A stretch of 32,000 bases of DNA from Cupriavidus necator (GTDB lineage: Bacteria; Pseudomonadota; Gammaproteobacteria; Burkholderiales; Burkholderiaceae): the NCBI RefSeq assembly GCF_016127575.1, contig NZ_CP066018.1:2250001-2282000 (forward strand). The letters are read 5' to 3'. The notes beneath the pieces are model-generated. The model had not been told where the DNA came from, searched no databases, and saw only the letters and a list, made by a program, of their open reading frames with translations. Both the position numbers and the translations under genes were made by a program. Shown one piece after another: positions 9,744 through 18,431 of this stretch (within the stretch, counting starts at the first letter, position 1; each line of letters opens with the position of its first letter).

Positions 9744-10751
9744 ATGTCCTCTGCCGAACGCACGCGGCGCCGCCGCCTGCTGCTCAAGATCCTGCCGCTG
9801 GGTGCCATGCCCGTCCCGATGCTCCACGTCGCTGCAGCCGCCGGCGCCGAACCGCTGGCGGGCAACCGCCCGATCGCGCTGGTGCTGCCGTTCCCGCCTG
9901 GCGGGAGCGTCGACATCGTGGCCCGGCAGCTGCAGCCTGGGCTGAAGGCGACGCTGGGGCAGGCCGCGGTGGTCGACAACAAGCCGGGTGCCGGCGGCCT
10001 GATCGCATCGAGCACCGTGGCGCGCGCGAAGCCGGACGGCACCACCCTGTTGATGGCCTTCGACACCCACGCCATCAACCCTTTCGCCTACAAGCAGCTG
10101 CCCTACGACACCTTCCGCGATTTCTCGCCAATCTCGCAGCTGGTGCGCTTTCCGCTGGTGATTGCCGCCAATCCCGCGCTGCCCGTGGCCAATGTGCGCG
10201 AGCTGGTGGAGCTGGCCAAGGCCAGGCCCGACGGCGTGCGCTATGCCTCGTCCGGCATCGGCAGCCTGAACCAGCTGGCGGCAGAGGCGCTGGCGACCGA
10301 AGCCGGCGTACGCATGCTGCATGTGCCCTACAAGGGCGGCGGCCCGGCCGTGCAGGCGGTGCTGTCCAACGAGGTCGATATTTTCTTCAGCAGCTACGCC
10401 GCCGTGCAGGCGCACGTGGCCGCACGCACCATCAAGGTGCTGGGCGTGACCGGCACCAGCCGGCTGCGCCAGCTGCCGCAGGTGCCGACGGTGGCAGAGC
10501 AGGGGCTCAAGGGCTTCGAGGCCTACTCCTGGATCGGCGTGTTCGGCCCGGCCGGCCTGCCGGCATCCACGGTCACGCGCATCCACGACGCGCTGGTCGA
10601 ATCGCTGCGCCAGCCGCGCGTGCTCGATGCGCTGGCCGCGCAGGGCTTCGAGATCGTGGGCGGCAGCCCGGCCGACCTCGGCAACCTGGTGCGCCGCGAG
10701 CATGACAAATGGCAGGCCGTGGCGCGCAAGGCCAATATCCAGTTCGAATGA
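9744..10751 (+). CDS. Bug-family (TctC-like) tripartite tricarboxylate transporter periplasmic receptor, orphan
   Basis: 335 aa. N-terminal RRRRLLL twin-arginine-like signal. PFPPGGSVDIVAR...VDNKPGAGG...YASSGIGS...HVPYKGGGPA are characteristic Bug/TctC motifs. No tctA or tctB gene is adjacent. Confidence 0.9.
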   Translation: MSSAERTRRRRLLLKILPLGAMPVPMLHVAAAAGAEPLAGNRPIALVLPFPPGGSVDIVARQLQPGLKATLGQAAVVDNKPGAGGLIASSTVARAKPDGTTLLMAFDTHAINPFAYKQLPYDTFRDFSPISQLVRFPLVIAANPALPVANVRELVELAKARPDGVRYASSGIGSLNQLAAEALATEAGVRMLHVPYKGGGPAVQAVLSNEVDIFFSSYAAVQAHVAARTIKVLGVTGTSRLRQLPQVPTVAEQGLKGFEAYSWIGVFGPAGLPASTVTRIHDALVESLRQPRVLDALAAQGFEIVGGSPADLGNLVRREHDKWQAVARKANIQFE

Positions 10752-10793
10752 CGATGTCCGGCGCGGGTGCGCCGTGAAACCGAGAGGATGCCG

Positions 10794-11642
10794 ATGGCAA
10801 CGCAAGCGGAAATGTTCGACCACGCGGTGGTGGTGTGCCCAGACCTCGATGCCGGGGCCCGGGCATGGCGCCGGCTCGGCTTTACGCTGACGCCGCGCGG
10901 CTACCACACGCTCGGCTCGCAGAACCACTGCATCATGCTGCGGCGGGACTACCTTGAGTTGCTGCACGTGACCGCGCCCAGCCCAAGCCGCCAGTACTAC
11001 TGGGATGCGCAGGCGCACGGCGGCGGCTGCGCGGCGATGTCGTGCAAGAGCGCCGATGCCTTTGCCACCGCGGCACGGCTGCGTGCGGCGGGCTGGCACA
11101 CCTCGGACCCGATCGAGTTCTCGCGTCCGGTGCGGCTGGATGACGGCAGCGAGCACCCGGCCACCTTCCGCGTGACCGCGCTTGACGATGCGCCGGGCGC
11201 GCGCTACTTCGTCTGCGAGCACCGTACGCCCGAACTGCTGTGGCGGCCCGAATGGACCCGCCATGCCAACGGCGCGCACAGCATCGCCACCATGTTCCTG
11301 GTGGTGGCGCCCGCGCTGGTGGACGCCGCCGCGCACGCCTACGCGGAGCTGACCGGCGGCGAGCTGACGCAGCTGAGCGAACATGTCTGCAGCCTGGCGC
11401 TGGACGATGCCACGCTGGTGGTCAGCACGCCGCAGGCGCTGGCTTCGGCCACCGGCACCGCGCATATCCGGCGCGAGGGGCCGGGCTACGCTGCAATCCG
11501 CCTGCGCACCGATGACCTGGCGGCGGCACGTGCCGGCTGGCGCGAACAGGGTGTGCCGACCCACGACCTGGGCCCGCGCGAGACCCTGGTGCTGGCGGAT
11601 GCCGCCAGCGGCGTGGCGCTGCTGTTCGAGCAGCAGGGCTGA
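10794..11642 (+). CDS. Glyoxalase-like-domain (VOC superfamily) protein
   Basis: ORF 10767..11642. FDHAVVVCPDLDAGARAWRRLGFTLTPRGYHTLGSQNHCIMLRRDYLELLHV resembles the Glyoxalase-like (PF13468-type) N-terminal module. Start chosen at ATG 10794, about 6 nt after GAGAGGA; ATG 10788 is also possible. Confidence 0.7.
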   Translation: MATQAEMFDHAVVVCPDLDAGARAWRRLGFTLTPRGYHTLGSQNHCIMLRRDYLELLHVTAPSPSRQYYWDAQAHGGGCAAMSCKSADAFATAARLRAAGWHTSDPIEFSRPVRLDDGSEHPATFRVTALDDAPGARYFVCEHRTPELLWRPEWTRHANGAHSIATMFLVVAPALVDAAAHAYAELTGGELTQLSEHVCSLALDDATLVVSTPQALASATGTAHIRREGPGYAAIRLRTDDLAAARAGWREQGVPTHDLGPRETLVLADAASGVALLFEQQG

Positions 11643-11649
11643 AAAGCAA

Positions 11650-11673
11650 ACTGGCGCCCCGCGGGGCGCCAGT
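11650..11673. terminator. Perfect 24-bp palindrome between the convergent VOC gene and dut (probable bidirectional terminator)
   Basis: ACTGGCGCCCCGCGGGGCGCCAGT is self-complementary. It is preceded by AAAAGCAAA and followed by GTCTTGT. Confidence 0.6.
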
Positions 11674-11696
11674 GTCTTGTGCGGCCAGAGGCTGCG

Positions 11697-12197
11697 TCAG
11701 GCGCTGGCCTTGGCGTGGTGCACGCCGGTCGAGCCAAAGCCGCCCGCGCCGCGTTCGCTGTCTTCGCTGAATTCTGCCACCGTCGAAAACACCGGCCGCA
11801 GCACCGGCACGAACATCATCTGCGCGATGCGCTCGCCCGGCTGGATCACGATCGGCTCGGTGCCGGGCGCGTTGCGGTTCCACACGCTGACCATGATCTG
11901 GCCCTGGTAGTCGGCATCGATCACGCCGATCGAATTGCCCAGCACCAGGCCCTTCTTGTGGCCCAGGCCCGAGCGCGGCACGATGGTCGCGGCCATGTAC
12001 GGGTTGCCCATGTGCACGGCGATGCCGGCCGGCACCAGTTGCGCGGGCGTGCCCGGCGCGATCGATACCGGGGCGTCGACGCAGGCATGGAGGTCGATGG
12101 CGGCGGCCATTTCGCTCTGGTAGGCGGGCAGGCCCCATTCATTCAGGCGCGCATCGAGCACCTTGATTTCGACGGTTGGGTTCAGTGGCTGGGTCAT
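11697..12197 (-). CDS. dut: dUTP diphosphatase
   Basis: ORF 11697..12269(-), trimmed to MTQPLNPTVEIKVLD. Motifs RSGLGHKKGLVLGNSIGVIDADYQGQ and RGAGGFGSTG. AGGA RBS upstream. Confidence 0.95.
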   Translation of the reverse strand: MTQPLNPTVEIKVLDARLNEWGLPAYQSEMAAAIDLHACVDAPVSIAPGTPAQLVPAGIAVHMGNPYMAATIVPRSGLGHKKGLVLGNSIGVIDADYQGQIMVSVWNRNAPGTEPIVIQPGERIAQMMFVPVLRPVFSTVAEFSEDSERGAGGFGSTGVHHAKASA

Positions 12198-12268
12198 GGG
12201 AATCCTGGGGGAAATCGGTTCAACGGAATAGGTGGCAGCCGCGCATGATACCGGACGCGCGCCCGCCA

Positions 12269-13471
12269 TCAGGGCCGTGTGCGCCCGGGCAGGCGCTGGC
12301 CGATCGCCGCCACCAGCTGGCGCGCCAGTGACAGCTTGTCGGCGCGCGGCAGCCGCGTCATGCCGGCGGCGTCGAACAGCACGATTTCGTTGTCGTCCAG
12401 GCCGAAGGTATGGTGGCCGATATTGCCGACCAGCAGCGGTACGCCCTTGCGCTGGCGCTTCTGCTCGCCGTACCGCTCCAGGTTCTCGCTCTCGGCGGCA
12501 AAGCCGACGCAGTAGGGTGCGTCGGCCCGCGCCGCGACCGTGGCCAGGATGTCGGGGTTCTGCACGAACTGCAGCGTGGGGGTGTCGGTATCGTTGGCCT
12601 TCTTCAGCTTCTGCTGCGCGACTTCAGCCGGGCGCCAGTCTGCCACCGCGGCCACGGCGACAAAGACATCCACGCCGTGCAGCTGCGCGATCACCGCGTC
12701 ATGCATCTGCTGCGCGCTGCGCACGTCGGTGCGGAGCACGCCGCGCGGGGTGGGCAGGCCGGTGGGGCCGGCCACCAGCAGCACCTCGGCGCCGGCCTCG
12801 CGCGCCGCGCGCGCGATCGAGAAGCCCATCTTGCCGGACGACAGGTTGGTGATGCCGCGCACCGGGTCGATCGCCTCGAAGGTCGGGCCGGCGGTGATCA
12901 GCACGCGCTTGCCTTGCAGCGGCTTGGGCTGGAAGAAGGCGATGATGTCGTCGAGCAGTTCTTCGGGCTCCAGCATGCGGCCGTCGCCGACCTCGCCGCA
13001 GGCCTGGTCGCCGCTGCCGGGGCCCAGGATCATCACGCCGTCGGCGCGCAGTTGCGCGGCGTTGCGCTGGGTGGCGGGGGCGGCCCACATCTGGCGGTTC
13101 ATCGCCGGTGCCACCAGCAGCGGGCAGTCGCGCGCGATGCACAGGGTGCTGAGCAGGTCGTCGCACAGCCCGTTGGCCAGGCGCGCCATGAAATCGGTCG
13201 AGGCCGGAGCGATGACGATGGCATCGGCCTCGCGCGACAGGTCGATGTGCGCCATGTTGTTGTCGATGCGGGCATCCCACTGCGACAGGAAGACCGGACG
13301 GCCGGACAGCGCCTGCATCGTCACCGGCGTGATGAAGTGCGTCGCCGCCTCGGTCATGGCCACCTGCACGGTGGCGCCGGCCTTGGTCAGCAGGCGGACC
13401 AGTTCGGCCGACTTGTAGCAGGCGATGCCGCCGGTCAGGCCGAGAACGATGTGCTTGCCGCGCAAATCCAT
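12269..13471 (-). CDS. coaBC: Bifunctional phosphopantothenoylcysteine decarboxylase / phosphopantothenate-cysteine ligase
   Basis: The 542-aa ORF (GTG at 13897) is trimmed to MDLRGKHIVLGLTGGIACYKS... (400 aa). Flavoprotein N-domain and the SSGKMG ligase motif are present. The upstream 142 codons translate the REP hairpins and the antisense of the lspA 3' end. Confidence 0.95.
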   Translation of the reverse strand: MDLRGKHIVLGLTGGIACYKSAELVRLLTKAGATVQVAMTEAATHFITPVTMQALSGRPVFLSQWDARIDNNMAHIDLSREADAIVIAPASTDFMARLANGLCDDLLSTLCIARDCPLLVAPAMNRQMWAAPATQRNAAQLRADGVMILGPGSGDQACGEVGDGRMLEPEELLDDIIAFFQPKPLQGKRVLITAGPTFEAIDPVRGITNLSSGKMGFSIARAAREAGAEVLLVAGPTGLPTPRGVLRTDVRSAQQMHDAVIAQLHGVDVFVAVAAVADWRPAEVAQQKLKKANDTDTPTLQFVQNPDILATVAARADAPYCVGFAAESENLERYGEQKRQRKGVPLLVGNIGHHTFGLDDNEIVLFDAAGMTRLPRADKLSLARQLVAAIGQRLPGRTRP

Positions 13472-13533
13472 GGTGGGGAACCTGGCTGGGGAGAAAGGGA
13501 AATGATACCGGGGAAGCCGGCTGAGGGTTGGCT

Positions 13534-13643
13534 CCCCACTCCCGCACGGCGGGAGTGGGGCCGGGGGTGAGGGCGGGCGGTTCTGGTGGCGTGGTGCCTT
13601 GCTGAACCGCCCCTCACCCTGGCCTCTCCCCGTGAGGGGAGAG
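13534..13643 (-). repeat. Cluster of three GC-rich extragenic palindromes (REP-like) between lspA and coaBC
   Basis: Three hairpins: 13534-13560 CCCCACTCCCGC-acg-GCGGGAGTGGGG; 13565-13619 GGGTGAGGG(cgg)GCGGTT...AACCGCCCCTCACCC; 13624-13643 CTCTCCCC-gtga-GGGGAGAG. None has a U-tract. Confidence 0.6.
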
Positions 13644-13662
13644 CGGAACACAATCAGGGCGC

Positions 13663-14190
13663 TCAGTGGCGCCGCACCCTGCGCAGCTCGTCCACGATCA
13701 GCAGCACCGCGCCGACCGTGATCGCGCAGTCGGCCACGTTGAAGGCCGGCCAGTGGTAGTTGCGCACATAGAAATCCAGGAAATCGACCACGTGCCCGTA
13801 GACCACGCGGTCGATCACGTTGCCGACCGCGCCGCCCAGGATCAGCGACACTGCGAAGCAGAACAGCCGCTGTCCGGTGTGGCGATACAGCAGCCACACG
13901 ATGAACGCGCCCACCACGATGCCCAGCCCGGTGAAGAACCAGCGCTGCCAGCCGCCGGCATCGGCCAGGAAGCTGAACGCCGCGCCCTTGTTGTAGACCA
14001 GCACCAGGTTGAAGAAGCCGGTCACCGGGCGCGATTCACCATAGGTGAAGGTGCGCACGATGACGATCTTGAAGAACTGGTCGAGCACCACCACCAGCAG
14101 CGCGAAGGCCATCCACAGCAGCGGGGTGGTGCTGGCGGCCTTGTTGTTGCGGCGTGCCGGGCGCGCGGAACGGGACGTGGTCGATGCCAT
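13663..14190 (-). CDS. lspA: Lipoprotein signal peptidase (signal peptidase II)
   Basis: 175 aa. Motifs [25 protein letters not shown] and PAFNVAD. The start ATG overlaps the ileS stop by 1 nt (TGATG). Confidence 0.9.
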   Translation of the reverse strand: MASTTSRSARPARRNNKAASTTPLLWMAFALLVVVLDQFFKIVIVRTFTYGESRPVTGFFNLVLVYNKGAAFSFLADAGGWQRWFFTGLGIVVGAFIVWLLYRHTGQRLFCFAVSLILGGAVGNVIDRVVYGHVVDFLDFYVRNYHWPAFNVADCAITVGAVLLIVDELRRVRRH

Positions 14191-17084
14191 CAGGCATGGC
14201 TCCTGTGTTCACCGGCGCCGAACAGGTTGCTGTCGCAGCGCCCGCAGAGGGTCGGATGGTCCGGGTTGTGGCCGACATCGGCGCGGTAGTGCCAGCAGCG
14301 CTCGCACTTGGCATGGGTCGACGGGGTCACCGTGACCAGCAGGTCGCCGGCCTCGGGCGCGTGCGTTACCTTGGCCGATGAGGTCAGCAGCACGAAGCGC
14401 AGGTCGTCGCCCAGGCTCTGCAGCGCGTCCAGCACCGGGCCGCCGGCCTGGATGGTCAGCTCGGCCTGCAGCGACGAGCCGATCTCGCCTTCCACGCGCA
14501 CCGCTTCCAGCTGCTTGGTGACCTCGGCGCGCACTTCGCGCAGCGTGTGCCACTTCTGCAGCAGATCGTCGGCGCCATCGTCGACTTCCGGTATCGCGTA
14601 GTAGGTGCTGGTGAAGATGGTGTCGGTGTGCTCGGTGCCGTGGGCGAAGATCTGCCACGCTTCCTCGGCGGTGAACGACAGGAACGGCGCCATCCAGTGC
14701 AGCATCGCCTGGGTGATGTGGTACAGCGCGTTCTGCGCCGCGCGGCGGGCCTTGGAGTCCGGCGCGGTGGTGTACAGGCGGTCCTTCAGCACATCGAGGT
14801 AGAACCCGCCCAGGTCCTCGGAGCAGAAGGTCTGCAGCTTGGACACCACCGGGTGGAATTCATACGCCTCATAGTGCGACAGCACTTCCTTTTGCAGCTG
14901 CGCGGTCAGTGCCACGGCGTAGCGGTCGATCTCCAGCCATTCCGACGCCGGCAGCGCGTGCCTGGCGTGGTCGTAGTCGGACAGGTTGGACAGCAGGAAG
15001 CGCAGCGTGTTGCGGATGCGGCGGTAGCCTTCCACCACGCGCTTGAGGATCTCGTCCGAGATCGACAGCTCGCCGGAGTAGTCGGTCGAGGCTACCCACA
15101 GGCGGATGATCTCGGCGCCCATCTTGTTCGAGATGTCCTGCGGCGACACGGTGTTGCCGATCGACTTGGACATCTTGCGGCCTTCGCCGTCGACGGTGAA
15201 GCCGTGCGTCAGCAGCGCCTTGTAGGGCGGCTTGCCGTACAGCATCGACGCGGTCAGCAGCGACGAGTGGAACCAGCCGCGGTGCTGGTCCGAGCCTTCC
15301 AGGTACAGGTCGGCGAGGCGGCCATCGGCTTCATCGGCGGACGGATCGTACAGGTCGTCGCGGTGCGAGCCGCGGATCACGGACCAGTGCGTGGTGCCGG
15401 AGTCGAACCACACGTCCAGCGTGTCGCGGTTCTTCTCGTACTGGCTGGCCTCGTCGCCCAGCAGCTCGGCCGGGTCCAGCGTCTGCCAGGCCTCGATGCC
15501 ATGCTGCTCGACGCGCCTGGCCACTTCTTCCAGCAACTGCGGCGTGCGCGGGTGCAGCGCTCCGGTTTCCTTGTGCAGGAAGAAGGCCATCGGCACGCCC
15601 CACTGGCGCTGGCGCGACAGCGTCCAGTCCGGCCGGTTGGCGATCATGTTGTGCAGGCGCTGCTTGCCCCAGGCCGGGAAGAACTCGGTGGCGTCGATGC
15701 CGGCCAGCGCGGTCTCGCGCAGGGTGGGGCCGGTCTTGCCGTTCTCGTCGGCCGGGTCCACGTCCATGCCCGCGAACCACTGCGAGGTGGCACGGTAGAT
15801 GATCGGCGTCTTGTGGCGCCAGCAGTGCATGTAGCTGTGGGTGTACTTGTGCGAGTTGAACAGGTTGCCCGAGGCCTGCAGCACCTCGACGATCTTCGGG
15901 TTGGCGTCCCAGATCGACAGCCCGCCAAAGAGCGGCAGCGTGCCGGCATAGACGCCGTTGCCCATCACCGGGCTGATGATGTCGGAATCGGCCATGCCGT
16001 GCGCCTTGCACGACTGGAAGTCTTCCACGCCGTAGGCCGGCGCCGAGTGCACGATGCCCGAACCGGTGTCGGTGGTGACATAGTCGCCCAGGTAGACCGG
16101 CGACAGGCGGTCATAGCCCGCGTCCATCTTGGCCAGCGGGTGGTGGAAGCGGATTTCCGACAATGCCGCGCCGGTGGTGGTGGCCACGACCTTGCCTTCC
16201 AGGCCGTAGACCTTGAGCTGCTCCTCGACGCGCTCGGTGGCCAGGATCAGGTAGCCGCGCGGGGTCTCGACCAGCGCGTATTCCACTTCCGGGTGCACGT
16301 TCAGCGCCTGGTTGCTCGGGATGGTCCATGGCGTGGTGGTCCAGATCACGATCCAGCCGGGCTTGCCGTCGAGCTGCTCGAAGGGCACCTTGAAGGCGTG
16401 TGCCAGCTTGTCGGCTTGCGCGAACGGGAAGCCCACGTCGATCGACAGGTCGACCTTGTCCTTGTATTCGACCTCGGCCTCGGCCAGCGCCGAGCCGCAG
16501 TCGAAACACCAGTTCACCGGCTTCAGGCCGCGGAACACATAGCCCTTCTCCATGATCTTGCCGAGTGCGCGCAGTTCATCCGCCTCGTTGCTGTAGTTCA
16601 TGGTCAGGTAGGGGTGGTCCCAGTCGCCCAGCACGCCCAGGCGTTCGAAATCCATCATCTGGCGCTTGATCTGCTCGGTGGCGTAGGCGCGCGCCTTGGC
16701 CTGGACCTCCTGCACCGGCAGGCCCTTGCCGAATTTCTTCTCGATCTGGATCTCGATCGGCATGCCGTGGCAGTCCCAGCCCGGCACGTAGACGGCGTCC
16801 AGCCCGGTCAGGCCGCGCGCCTTGATGATCATGTCCTTGAGCACCTTGTTGACGGCGTGGCCGATATGGATGTCGCCGTTGGCATACGGCGGGCCGTCGT
16901 GCAGCACGAACTTCTTCGCGCCCTTGCGGGCCGCGCGGATCTTCTTGTAGAGCTGCTTGTCCTGCCACTGCTTGACCCACTGCGGCTCGCGCTTGGGCAG
17001 GTCGCCACGCATCGGGAAGGGCGTGTCGAGCAGGTTGACCGGATATTTGCTTTTCTCGGGCTTGGCGCGTTTGTCGTCAGGCAT
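14190..17084 (-). CDS. ileS: Isoleucine-tRNA ligase
   Basis: 964 aa. HIGH motif ([11 protein letters not shown]), KMSKS motif and C-terminal Zn cluster CERCWHY...CGRC. Confidence 0.97.
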   Translation of the reverse strand: MPDDKRAKPEKSKYPVNLLDTPFPMRGDLPKREPQWVKQWQDKQLYKKIRAARKGAKKFVLHDGPPYANGDIHIGHAVNKVLKDMIIKARGLTGLDAVYVPGWDCHGMPIEIQIEKKFGKGLPVQEVQAKARAYATEQIKRQMMDFERLGVLGDWDHPYLTMNYSNEADELRALGKIMEKGYVFRGLKPVNWCFDCGSALAEAEVEYKDKVDLSIDVGFPFAQADKLAHAFKVPFEQLDGKPGWIVIWTTTPWTIPSNQALNVHPEVEYALVETPRGYLILATERVEEQLKVYGLEGKVVATTTGAALSEIRFHHPLAKMDAGYDRLSPVYLGDYVTTDTGSGIVHSAPAYGVEDFQSCKAHGMADSDIISPVMGNGVYAGTLPLFGGLSIWDANPKIVEVLQASGNLFNSHKYTHSYMHCWRHKTPIIYRATSQWFAGMDVDPADENGKTGPTLRETALAGIDATEFFPAWGKQRLHNMIANRPDWTLSRQRQWGVPMAFFLHKETGALHPRTPQLLEEVARRVEQHGIEAWQTLDPAELLGDEASQYEKNRDTLDVWFDSGTTHWSVIRGSHRDDLYDPSADEADGRLADLYLEGSDQHRGWFHSSLLTASMLYGKPPYKALLTHGFTVDGEGRKMSKSIGNTVSPQDISNKMGAEIIRLWVASTDYSGELSISDEILKRVVEGYRRIRNTLRFLLSNLSDYDHARHALPASEWLEIDRYAVALTAQLQKEVLSHYEAYEFHPVVSKLQTFCSEDLGGFYLDVLKDRLYTTAPDSKARRAAQNALYHITQAMLHWMAPFLSFTAEEAWQIFAHGTEHTDTIFTSTYYAIPEVDDGADDLLQKWHTLREVRAEVTKQLEAVRVEGEIGSSLQAELTIQAGGPVLDALQSLGDDLRFVLLTSSAKVTHAPEAGDLLVTVTPSTHAKCERCWHYRADVGHNPDHPTLCGRCDSNLFGAGEHRSHA

Positions 17085-17208
17085 TTCGATTCTCAGGGCA
17101 ATTCGGGTTGGCGCGCGGGCGGCGGCAGGCCGGCGGGCGCGCGGAAAGACTGGGGCGGCGGCGTGCGTGCCGGGCCCGCGCCACTGGCGTGCGGGCGGGC
17201 GCCGGCCG

Positions 17209-18240
17209 CTACCTAATTCGGTCGGTGGCGGAGGTGGCGAAGTCGCGCCCGCCGCTGCCTTCGGCCGCGCCCGGGGCGGTCAGGCCGAAGAAGGCGCGCG
17301 CATCGGCGCTGTCCTTGGCGATGGCGGCGGTGAGCTCGTCCAGGTTGTCGAAGCGCGCTTCGTCGCGCAGCTTCTTCATGAATTCAACCCGCACCAGCTT
17401 GCCGTACAGGTTCTCTTTGAAATCGAACAGGTGGACTTCCAGCAGCACCCGGCCGGCGTCCTCGATGGTGGGGCGCACGCCGATGCTGGCCACGCCCGGC
17501 AGGGGCTGGTCGGCGATGCCGTGCACCTGCACCACGAAGATGCCGCTGACTGCCGGCCGCTTGTGCGAGATGCGCAGGTTCAGCGTCGGGAAGCCCAGGT
17601 CGCGGCCCAGCTTGCGGCCGTGGATCACGTGGCCACTGATGGCATAGCCGTGGCCGAGCAGGCGCCGGGCATGCTCCAGATCGCCGTCGGCCAGCGCCTG
17701 GCGCACGGCAGAGCTGGAGATGCGGATGCCGCCTTCGGACACCGATCCCATCTGCTCGACATCGAAGCCGTAGCGGCGCCCGGCTTCCTGCAGGTAGGTA
17801 AAGTCGCCGGCGCGCCTGGCGCCGAAGCGGAAGTCGTCGCCGACCAGCACCCAACGCGCGTGCAGGCCGTGCCACAGCACGTTCTCAACGAACGCCTGCG
17901 GCGACTGGGCGGCAAAGTGGGCGTTGAAGTGTTCCACCACCACCCGGTCCACGCCGTTGCGGCGCAGGCTTTCCAGCTTGTCGCGCAGCAGCGCGATGCG
18001 GGTGGGGGCCTTGTCCGGGGTGAAGAACTCGCGCGGATGCGGCTCGAAGGTCATCACGCACAGCGGCAGGCCGCGTGCGTCGGCGGCTGCACGCGCACGC
18101 GCGAGCAGCGACTGGTGGCCGCGATGCACACCGTCGAAATTGCCGATGGTGAGCGCGCAGGGCGCCCGGCTTTCGGCGTTGGGCAGGCCGCGGAAGACTT
18201 TCACGGGGACGGCGGGAAACGTTTCAGGTAAAGCGAGCAT
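17209..18240 (-). CDS. ribF: Bifunctional riboflavin kinase / FAD synthetase
   Basis: ORF 17209..18429(-), trimmed to ATG 18240 (MLALPETFP...). Contains [19 protein letters not shown] and the kinase-domain motif GxPTLN. An alternative GTG at 18204 (VKVFRGLPN...) aligns better with my recollection of the E. coli RibF N-terminus (MKLIRGIHN...). Confidence 0.9.
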   Translation of the reverse strand: MLALPETFPAVPVKVFRGLPNAESRAPCALTIGNFDGVHRGHQSLLARARAAADARGLPLCVMTFEPHPREFFTPDKAPTRIALLRDKLESLRRNGVDRVVVEHFNAHFAAQSPQAFVENVLWHGLHARWVLVGDDFRFGARRAGDFTYLQEAGRRYGFDVEQMGSVSEGGIRISSSAVRQALADGDLEHARRLLGHGYAISGHVIHGRKLGRDLGFPTLNLRISHKRPAVSGIFVVQVHGIADQPLPGVASIGVRPTIEDAGRVLLEVHLFDFKENLYGKLVRVEFMKKLRDEARFDNLDELTAAIAKDSADARAFFGLTAPGAAEGSGGRDFATSATDRIR

Positions 18241-18431
18241 TATAAGGCGAATGGGTCCGCTTGCCGCTCCCGCCGCCCGCGGCCGGTGCCGCGCTGCTGT
18301 TTTTGTGCCGCAACCGGCCCTCGCGGCATGGCGCAATGCCGCAAAAGGCGGCATGATATGGCCCACTTCGGCTTCACTTCGGCGCTGGCACCTGCTGCCC
18401 CCGACATCCGCCCATTCCAAGCCAGCCACAC

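Noticed and set aside
13472-13897. 142-codon N-terminal extension of the coaBC ORF (GTG at 13897), translating ...PLTGRGQGEGRFSKAPRHQNRPPSPPAPLPPCGSGEP...
   Set aside because: The extension runs through the REP-like hairpins and the antisense of the lspA 3' end. The conserved CoaBC sequence begins at MDLRGKHIVLGLTGGIACYK (ATG 13471).
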